Source: Calditrichaceae bacterium (GTDB taxonomy: Bacteria; Calditrichota; Calditrichia; Calditrichales; Calditrichaceae). Taken from it: a stretch of 27,407 nt of DNA. The notes under the pieces were generated by a model that was not told the origin of the DNA, made no database searches, and saw only the letters and a program-made list of their open reading frames with translations. Location: NCBI GenBank assembly GCA_024763405.1, contig JANTFQ010000001.1, positions 1 through 27,407 on the forward strand, in the 5' to 3' direction. The position numbers and the translations under genes are program-made. This document shows, one piece after another, positions 10,243-18,187 of this stretch. How positions within the stretch are numbered: position 1 is the stretch's first letter; each line of letters opens with the position of its first letter.

Positions 10243-13200
10243 CTAATCTTCTAATTCTTCTAATAAACCGCCTAATCCATCTTCATCCAAATCCACATCC
10301 GCAAAGTCCGAAGGCGTATAAGCGCCTGCTTCGGGGTCCTGGCAGTGTCGAATCAACACACGTAATTCATCCAGATACTGCGACGTCCAGTTACGGATGG
10401 TCTCCTCAAAGTACTGCTCTTTACTATAAGCAAATGTGATCTGGAAAACATTTTCCAGTACGCTGCCGCCGATTTCTAAAACATGTAGTCTTTCACCATC
10501 CGGACTGCGTTCAAATCCGGGCGCAGTCAGCGGTTTCCCTAATAGTTTATTCTCGGCCGAATTTTGCTGAAATTGACCTAAATAATTAAAACCGATTTCA
10601 GGCTGGATGGTATTTGTAATCAGGCCCTCATTTAGATATTTAAGCAGGCCGAAACTAATTCCGTTATTTGGTATTTCCCGGTATTGTTCTTTTACCGCTT
10701 TAATGGATTCTCCCGGATCGACAATTCCTTTTAGTTGCAAATGAACCGGAAACGCAGAAGTAAACCAGCCAATGGTACGGGAAATATCCACATCTTCGAA
10801 AAGGTCTTCCCGGCCGTGACCCTCCATCTCGATTACTATAGAATCCTGGCCGTGCCAGTATTTTGCCGCACGTACCAAAGCTGTGAGTAAAAGCTCGTTT
10901 ATTTGCGTGTGGTAAGCAGCCGGCGCTTCTTTTAGCAACGCTTCGGTTTCTTCTTCGCTGAGGGCTGCGCGTACAATTTGTGTATCTGCTTCTGTGTTTG
11001 TTCCGTTTTTATCTTTTGGCAACGAAGCAATTTTCTGAGCTGCTATTGTATTCCAAAAATCCAATTCGGAATGGACCGCATCCGATGCAGCGTACTGGTT
11101 TATGCGTTCTGCCCAATATTTAAAGGAAGTCGTCTTAGATGGAAGTTTCGGAGGCTGTCCGGCTGACAACTGCTTATATAACGATAACAAATCTTCTGTT
11201 AAAATTCGCCAGGAGACTACATCCACAACAAGATGATGAATAATGAGCAAGAAGTAATCCGGTTTGTCAACGGCTGTTTTAAAATAAGCCGCCCGCAGCA
11301 GAGGCCCTTTGCTTAGGTCTAACGACATCTTAAGTTTAGTAACCTGCTTTTCCAGCACGGCGTCCATCTGTGCCGGATTTACAGAAGATAAATCTGCTGA
11401 ATGCAGAATATCTTCATTGATTTCCCCGGGAATAACCGCTTCAACGGATCCATTGGAACTGTTGAAACAAGTACGCAGAACATCGTGATGAAAAAAAAGA
11501 TGCCCTAAAACTTTTTTTAGGATACCCGTATCCAGAGGATTTTCGAGCGCTACCATCATCGTCTGATTCCAATGGTGCCTGTTTGGTAAATTTAGATTAA
11601 AAAAGGCATGCTGGATGGCCGTTAATGGAATTGTACCGGTAACCAGCCCCTGCTCAGCCCGGATAGCAACCCCTTCTTTGGCAACGGCGGCCAGACCTTC
11701 AATGGTCGGATTTACAAACATCTGTTTGGGGGTAATTTTTAGCCCGGCCTGATTGGCCCGTGCCACCACCTGGATGCTTAATATAGAATCGCCGCCCAGT
11801 TCGAAGAAGTTGTCGCGAATGCCGATTTTTTCATTACCCAATAAATCTTTCCATATGCGGACGAGAATTTCTTCTTTTTCATTGGAAGGGGCGACAAATT
11901 CACTTTCCAGTTGTTCCCGGGTGACTTCAGGTTCCGGTAATGCTTTTTTATCGACTTTTCCGGTGGCAGCCACAGGCATCTCTTCCAGAAAAATAAAAAA
12001 AGCAGGAACCATATATTCCGGTAAAAAGTCTTTTAGGAAAATCTTTAAATTATTTATAGTTGGTTTCTCATTTCCCTGGCATACCAGGTAAGCAGCAAGT
12101 TTTTTATTGCCAGGCGCACCTTTTGCTAAAACAATGGCGTCGCTAATTTGAGGATGATGCATTAAATTGGATTCGATCTCACCCAGTTCGATGCGGAAAC
12201 CCCGTATTTTAACCTGTTGGTCGATACGACCTAAAAATTCAATATTGCCATCCGGTAAATAGCGGCATAAATCACCGCTGGCATACATTCGGCTGCCAGG
12301 CTCGGAAGAATACGGATCGGGAATAAATCGTTCGGCGCTTAATTCGGGGCGGTTTAAATAGCCCCGGGCAACCCCTACTCCACCAATATACATTTCACCG
12401 GGGACACCCAAAGGGGTTGGATTTAATAGTGGGTCCAGAATATAGATTCGGTAATTCGGAATTGGTTTACCGATGGGAATATTGCTTGCATTTTCTGGTA
12501 ATTTGTTGGTTAAATACCATGTCGCGCAAACCGATGTTTCTGTAGGCCCATAGGCATTCCAGAATTTACGGCCCTTTGACCAATGCTTTACCAGTTCGGG
12601 CGTACAGACATCACCTCCGGAGGCCACCATTTGCAAATCGGGAAATTTATCCGCCGGCAGAACAGACAGGATGGAAGGGGGCAATATGGCATTGGTAAGC
12701 CGGTTATCCCGGATCAGACTGGTTAAACCATTTTCCGGGGCCATCTCATCTTCTGCAACCAGATAAAGTGACGCTCCCGAAAGCAATACTTTAAAGAAAT
12801 CACCGACAGATCCATCAAAACTGTATGAAAAATATTGTATGGCCCGTTTGCCAGGCTCCAGGTTAAACATATCTATATAATCATAGGCTAGATTAATTAC
12901 CGTGTTGTGCTGTAAAAGCACTCCTTTTGGTTTTCCGGTGGAACCGGAGGTATAAATCACATAGCACATATTTTGCGGTTGTACATTTGTCAGCGGGTTG
13001 TCACTGGATTGTTCCGCAATTTTCGACCACTGCTGGTCGAGCTCAATCAGTTCTGCATGAAAAGAATTCAATGTTGGTGTATACTTTTTCTGCGTTAAAA
13101 TGAGTTTCAGGCCTGTATCTTCTGCCATATAGCGTAACCGATCTATGGGATAAGCGGGATCCATCGGCACATAAGCGGCACCGGCTTTAAGAATTCCTAA

Positions 13201-16200
13201 AACCCCAATGACCATTTCGAAAGATCGGCTGACAGACAAGCCCACAAAAGATTCGGAGCGAATGCCTTTTCCGATTAAAAAATGGGCCAGCTGATTGGCT
13301 TTTTTATTTAGCTCCGCATAACTCAATACTTGGTTCTTGTAAACTAAAGCGGGCGCATCCGGAGATAACAGGGTTTGTTTTTCGAATAGTGTGTGCAGGC
13401 AGGAATCCTGCGGAGCCGAGACAGGGGGAACATCATTGAATTCGTTTAATAAAAGTTCTGTTTCCTGTACCTTTAACAGTGGAAGAGCCTGAATGGACAA
13501 ATGTGGATTTTCTGTAGCCGACTGAATTAAATTCTTAAAATGTCCGAGCATCCGTTCCATCGTTGATTGATCAAAGAGATCTGTGTTATATTCCCATTCG
13601 CCGCCTATAATCTTATTGTGCTCGGCCATGGATAAGGTTATATCAAATTTAGCGATGCCGGTATCTATTTCCACCGGTTTAAATGCTAAGTTTTGGATTG
13701 TATTGTCTTGTAAAAACTGGGGCTGATAAGCGAACATTACCTGAAACAGAGGATTGTGGCTTAAACTTCGAGGGGTGTTCAGGGAGTCAACCAGTTTTTC
13801 AAATGGTAAATTCTGATGTGCAAATGCATCTGCTGTACGTTTTTTTAACTGCGTTAATAAAGTGGAAAAGGTTTGGTTTGGATAAAAATCTCCCCGGATT
13901 GCAAGTGTATTAATAAAAAAACCAATCATCGGTTCCAGTTCGGGACGGGTACGGTTAGCAACCGGAGTTCCGACAACAATCGTCTCCTCATTAGAATACC
14001 GGTATAACAATAGCTGAAAAGCGGTCATGAGCACTGTAAATGCTGTGGTTTGTACATTTGCCGCTAGTGCATTTATTTGCGTGGTTAGTTCTTTACCTAA
14101 GTCAAAACGGATACGATCGCCTTTAAATGTCTGTATCGATGGTCGCGGACGATCGGTGGGAAGTTCCAGTAATTCCGGGACGTCCATTAATTCTTTTTTC
14201 CAGAAATCGATTTCCTGGTTTAATACATCACCGCTGAAAAATTTTCGTTGCCACGCTGCGTAATCGACATATTGAAATGCCAGTGGTTCAAGTTTTGGTT
14301 TAATATTCATCGAAAAAGTGCTATAGAATGCCAATATATCTTTTACGATAACTCCAATGGACCACCCATCCGAAACAATATGGTGCATGTTTAGCATCAG
14401 GATAAAATCTTCGTTAGCCAGTTTAAGCAAACCCGATCGGAAGAGCGGTCCCTTCGTCAAATCAAAAGGCTTTACCGATTCTTCCTTACAGTATTTAAGA
14501 GCCGCAGTTTCGGCCTTTTTTAAAGGCATTTCCGAAAAATCCTGGCGATAGACTTGAAAGTCAACAGAGTCGAGAATGGTTTGAAAGGCTTTTCCGTCTT
14601 CTGCGTTAAAAACCGTCCGCAGACTTTCATGTCTTTGTACCAGGGCATGCAGGGCTTTGACAAGAGACGTTTCACTTAAATTGCCTTGAATACGAAGGGC
14701 TGTGGGAATATTGTAATTCGCTTTCCCGGGTTCCAGATTATCCAGAAACCACAAACGCTGCTGAGCAAAAGAGAGTTCGAGTGTCGTGTTTCTCTCGATC
14801 CTCTCAAAAGGCAGATAGGCAGAATGCTTATTTATAACTTGCTCGGAGGATTCTTTTAATTTGGCTATGAACGCCTTACTAATTTTAGATTGATGTAAAT
14901 TTGATTGCACAAATTCAAGTACAGAATCTGGAAAATTCTCTATTAAATATTGGGATAAGCCTGCAATGTGCTTCAATTCAAACATGATAGCTACATTCAG
15001 GTCCACATTAAGCTGTTTCTGCATTCGGTTTATAAAATAGGCCGCTTTTAAGGAATCGCCGCCTAATTGAAAAAAACTGTCAAAAACACTTATTTTTTTA
15101 AGATGCAAGGCGTCTTGCCATATATGTAAAAGAATGGTTTCCAGTTCGTTTCGGGGCGCCTGGTAACCGGGACGTAGCAGTTCCATTTCTTCTGGTACTA
15201 TAAATGCGCGGTAGTCGATTTTCCCATTTTCGGTTAAAGGCATCTTCTCAATTGGAATAAAAAAGGACGGTATCATATAATCGGGAAGAAATTCCTGTAT
15301 CTTCTGAGAAAGAATGGCAGGATCAATTTCCTGTTTATGCTCCGGAATAAAAAATACACAAAGCCTTTGCTTAAATGTTAAAACGACAACATCCTTAATT
15401 TCAGGAAGTTTTCGTATAACGGCTTCTATCTCGCCGGGTTCGATTCGGAATCCCCGCAGTTTTATTTGCCGGTCCACACGTCCTAAAAAGTCGATATTCC
15501 CATCCGGTAAAAACCGGGCACGGTCACCACTGCGGTACAGACGGCTTCCTGGAACGGAACTGAAGGGGTTTGGAATAAATTTTTGCGCCGTTAATTCCGG
15601 CTTTCCAAGATAACCACGGGCCAAACCTGCTCCGGCAATACATAATTCACCACTGATACCAGGCGGAACAGGCTGCAACCGGGAATCCAGAATATAGAGC
15701 TGAGTATTGTTTACTCCTTTACCAATGAGCGGTTTGGAAGAAGTTTCTGTTGCCCCCTTCCCGAAAGCGAAAATAGCCGCATCTACGGTGCATTCGGTTG
15801 GCCCGTAAACATTGTAAAAAGTGATATCGGTATTCGTTCTTAATATATTCCATAATTTGGTTCCGATGGCCTCACCGCCAACCAGAACAATAGCGGGTTG
15901 GTGCTTATTCTTATCGAAAAGACCGGATTCAATCATCAAGCTTAATTGTGACGGGGTGCAGTCTAAGGAATTCACTTTATGCGTGTGGATAAATTCCACC
16001 ATCGCATTCCCATCCAGGCGGGTTTCTTCGGGAATAATATGCAGGGTATGGCCATTCGCTAACTGAATCCATTGTTTCACTGAGGTATCAAATGTTAACG
16101 GTCCGTTTAAGCTAAGGTCTAAATGGTGTTGTTGATGCTTGTAGATTTTATCCTGTAAGGCATAAAATAGATTTAAAAGGGAAGAATGACGGATGCCGAT

Positions 16201-18186
16201 TCCCTTTGGTTGACCCGAAGTGCCGGACGTATAGATGATGTAGGCTAAATTATCAGGATGAAGCGTTCTTTTAATATAGGTTTCAGAAACAGAGTCAATT
16301 TGATCCCATTGGCCGTCGATTAAAATTGGATTTACTTTGAGTTCCAGAAGCTCTTTTTCGAGATTAGCCTGCGTGATAATAATGGAAATATTTGCATCCT
16401 CAATCATCAAACGGGTACGTTCGAGTGGCTGAGCGGGATTAAGAGGAACAAAGGTACCGCCGGCTTTCAGTATCGCCCATAAGGCAATGAACATATCGAT
16501 AGAACGCGCGGTATATAAGCCGACAGGGGTTTCGATCTGAACACCTTGTTCTTGTAAAAACCTGGCTAATCGACTGGATTTTTTATCTAATTCTGAAAAA
16601 GTTAGTGAAGTGTCTCTGTAGACCACAGCGGTTTTTTCAGACATTGTTTTACTGGTTTGCTCAAATAGAGTATGTATTAATGATTGTGTGTTAAGGGCTT
16701 TGTCTGTCTGGTTCCATTTTTGAAGAACCGATTGCTTTTGACTCTCGTCCAGCAGACAAATTCGGTTTACCATAATCTGAGGATTATGAAGCACCTGTTT
16801 CAGAATGTGAAGATAGAGGTCTTTAAAAATTCTGATGGTCTCTGTTTTAAAGAGGCTTGTATTATATGCTATCCTTCCTGATAATTTGTTCTCGCTTTCT
16901 TCTATGGTCAGCGTAATATCATATTTTACGGATTCAATTTCCAAATCCATCAACGAAAGAGAAAGGTCCAGAAGTTCCATTTTGGGCTTCGGGGCATTTT
17001 GGAGTAAAAATAAAATCTGAAAATAAGGAGAACGACTGGAATCGCGTTCGGGATGTAATTCTTCAATAATTTGTTCAAAAGGCAAATCCTGATTAGCAAA
17101 GCCGTCCAAAACTGTATTTTTTATCTGTTGTAAAAGCGCATTAAACGTTTGCTCGTCCGATAGATAGGAACGCATGACCAAAGTATTCATAAAATAACCA
17201 ACCAGCCCGGAAATTTCCGGCCGGTCTCGGTTTGCCATTGCAGTGCCTACATTGATATCTTCCTGGTTTGTATAGCGATACAGAAGTGAAAATAATACAG
17301 CTAATAAAACCATATATGGCGTAACATCCTGCGTACGACAAAACTCCCTTAGCGCAGAAGTGAGTTCTTTGGATATTTCAAAATTAATATGCGAACCAGT
17401 GAAGGTTTGAATAGCGGGCCGGGGATAATCAAAGGGAAAATCTAAAACAGGATGGCAGTTTTTTAATTGTTTCTTCCAATAGTCCATTTGTTTGTCTTTT
17501 TGTGGACTTTTTAACCAATTAAGCTCCCATTGCGCATAATCAGCATATTGGAGAGACAAAGGGGGTAAATCGATCTTGTCTTGTGTTTTAAAATTCTGAT
17601 AAAAATAAGAAAATTCTGGTATTATGACGCCTACTGACCATCCGTCGGCGATTATATGATGCATATTGATGAGTAAAATATGTTCGGTTTCCGAAACACG
17701 CAGGATTGAACTGCGGATTAATGGACCTTTTTCCAGATTAAAAGGTTTGTGAATTTCGGATGCTAAAAAATCCCGTATTTTTTTCTCGATATTATCCTTT
17801 GGGATTGTTGAAAAATCATGTAATTCAATTTTAAGGTTTAATTCTGACCGAATTTTTTGAACTGGCTTTCCATCCACAATACAAAAATAGGACCGCATCA
17901 CTTCATGCCGTCTGATAACGGAATTAAGAGCAAATTCGAGGGCAGTGATATTTGTTTTTCCCTCTAATTTTAAAGCAGACGGCATATTATAGAAGGAGCT
18001 GCTGGGCGCTAACTGTTGAAGAAACCATAATTGCTTCTGTTGAACAGAAACAGGAAAGTCTTGCTTGTTTTCCCGCTTTTCTATTTTTTCCCGCTTTACG
18101 GTTTTGCCTGATTTTTGTAATTTTTTTAATAAAGCTTCACGCTGTGCCGGAGATAATTGAGCAAGTCGTTTTCCAACATCGGCCAT
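10243..18186 (-). CDS. NRPS C, 2647 aa, bimodular: docking helix-C(LCL)-A(Glu-like)-T-C(LCL)-A(unknown)-T-E-COM
   Basis: ORF track. C1 SVQQKQLWFLQQL..HHIIADGWS. A1 code DTKDLGVVDK is one residue from the surfactin Glu code DAKDLGVVDK. T1 is GGDSLKAA. C2 HHIVSDGWS. A2 code is DGGIAGAVCK. T2 GGDSILSIQ is pre-E type. E domain HHLVVDVVSW, EGHGRE, RTIGWFT, FNYLGQF. Tail TPSDF. Confidence 0.97.
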   Translation of the reverse strand: MADVGKRLAQLSPAQREALLKKLQKSGKTVKREKIEKRENKQDFPVSVQQKQLWFLQQLAPSSSFYNMPSALKLEGKTNITALEFALNSVIRRHEVMRSYFCIVDGKPVQKIRSELNLKIELHDFSTIPKDNIEKKIRDFLASEIHKPFNLEKGPLIRSSILRVSETEHILLINMHHIIADGWSVGVIIPEFSYFYQNFKTQDKIDLPPLSLQYADYAQWELNWLKSPQKDKQMDYWKKQLKNCHPVLDFPFDYPRPAIQTFTGSHINFEISKELTSALREFCRTQDVTPYMVLLAVLFSLLYRYTNQEDINVGTAMANRDRPEISGLVGYFMNTLVMRSYLSDEQTFNALLQQIKNTVLDGFANQDLPFEQIIEELHPERDSSRSPYFQILFLLQNAPKPKMELLDLSLSLMDLEIESVKYDITLTIEESENKLSGRIAYNTSLFKTETIRIFKDLYLHILKQVLHNPQIMVNRICLLDESQKQSVLQKWNQTDKALNTQSLIHTLFEQTSKTMSEKTAVVYRDTSLTFSELDKKSSRLARFLQEQGVQIETPVGLYTARSIDMFIALWAILKAGGTFVPLNPAQPLERTRLMIEDANISIIITQANLEKELLELKVNPILIDGQWDQIDSVSETYIKRTLHPDNLAYIIYTSGTSGQPKGIGIRHSSLLNLFYALQDKIYKHQQHHLDLSLNGPLTFDTSVKQWIQLANGHTLHIIPEETRLDGNAMVEFIHTHKVNSLDCTPSQLSLMIESGLFDKNKHQPAIVLVGGEAIGTKLWNILRTNTDITFYNVYGPTECTVDAAIFAFGKGATETSSKPLIGKGVNNTQLYILDSRLQPVPPGISGELCIAGAGLARGYLGKPELTAQKFIPNPFSSVPGSRLYRSGDRARFLPDGNIDFLGRVDRQIKLRGFRIEPGEIEAVIRKLPEIKDVVVLTFKQRLCVFFIPEHKQEIDPAILSQKIQEFLPDYMIPSFFIPIEKMPLTENGKIDYRAFIVPEEMELLRPGYQAPRNELETILLHIWQDALHLKKISVFDSFFQLGGDSLKAAYFINRMQKQLNVDLNVAIMFELKHIAGLSQYLIENFPDSVLEFVQSNLHQSKISKAFIAKLKESSEQVINKHSAYLPFERIERNTTLELSFAQQRLWFLDNLEPGKANYNIPTALRIQGNLSETSLVKALHALVQRHESLRTVFNAEDGKAFQTILDSVDFQVYRQDFSEMPLKKAETAALKYCKEESVKPFDLTKGPLFRSGLLKLANEDFILMLNMHHIVSDGWSIGVIVKDILAFYSTFSMNIKPKLEPLAFQYVDYAAWQRKFFSGDVLNQEIDFWKKELMDVPELLELPTDRPRPSIQTFKGDRIRFDLGKELTTQINALAANVQTTAFTVLMTAFQLLLYRYSNEETIVVGTPVANRTRPELEPMIGFFINTLAIRGDFYPNQTFSTLLTQLKKRTADAFAHQNLPFEKLVDSLNTPRSLSHNPLFQVMFAYQPQFLQDNTIQNLAFKPVEIDTGIAKFDITLSMAEHNKIIGGEWEYNTDLFDQSTMERMLGHFKNLIQSATENPHLSIQALPLLKVQETELLLNEFNDVPPVSAPQDSCLHTLFEKQTLLSPDAPALVYKNQVLSYAELNKKANQLAHFLIGKGIRSESFVGLSVSRSFEMVIGVLGILKAGAAYVPMDPAYPIDRLRYMAEDTGLKLILTQKKYTPTLNSFHAELIELDQQWSKIAEQSSDNPLTNVQPQNMCYVIYTSGSTGKPKGVLLQHNTVINLAYDYIDMFNLEPGKRAIQYFSYSFDGSVGDFFKVLLSGASLYLVAEDEMAPENGLTSLIRDNRLTNAILPPSILSVLPADKFPDLQMVASGGDVCTPELVKHWSKGRKFWNAYGPTETSVCATWYLTNKLPENASNIPIGKPIPNYRIYILDPLLNPTPLGVPGEMYIGGVGVARGYLNRPELSAERFIPDPYSSEPGSRMYASGDLCRYLPDGNIEFLGRIDQQVKIRGFRIELGEIESNLMHHPQISDAIVLAKGAPGNKKLAAYLVCQGNEKPTINNLKIFLKDFLPEYMVPAFFIFLEEMPVAATGKVDKKALPEPEVTREQLESEFVAPSNEKEEILVRIWKDLLGNEKIGIRDNFFELGGDSILSIQVVARANQAGLKITPKQMFVNPTIEGLAAVAKEGVAIRAEQGLVTGTIPLTAIQHAFFNLNLPNRHHWNQTMMVALENPLDTGILKKVLGHLFFHHDVLRTCFNSSNGSVEAVIPGEINEDILHSADLSSVNPAQMDAVLEKQVTKLKMSLDLSKGPLLRAAYFKTAVDKPDYFLLIIHHLVVDVVSWRILTEDLLSLYKQLSAGQPPKLPSKTTSFKYWAERINQYAASDAVHSELDFWNTIAAQKIASLPKDKNGTNTEADTQIVRAALSEEETEALLKEAPAAYHTQINELLLTALVRAAKYWHGQDSIVIEMEGHGREDLFEDVDISRTIGWFTSAFPVHLQLKGIVDPGESIKAVKEQYREIPNNGISFGLLKYLNEGLITNTIQPEIGFNYLGQFQQNSAENKLLGKPLTAPGFERSPDGERLHVLEIGGSVLENVFQITFAYSKEQYFEETIRNWTSQYLDELRVLIRHCQDPEAGAYTPSDFADVDLDEDGLGGLLEELED
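10340..11630 (-). other. Epimerization domain of NRPS C (approximate bounds)
   Basis: LTAIQHAFF, HHLVVDVVSWRIL, MEGHGRE, RTIGWFTSAFP, FNYLGQF; preceded by a GGDSI-type T domain. Confidence 0.92.
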
Positions 18187-18187
18187 A

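Noticed and set aside
11205-11245. E domain of NRPS C has HHLVVDVVSW rather than the usual ...DGVSW
   Set aside because: The catalytic His, Asp and EGHGRE Glu are retained and the next gene starts with a DCL domain, so there is no reason to call it inactive.
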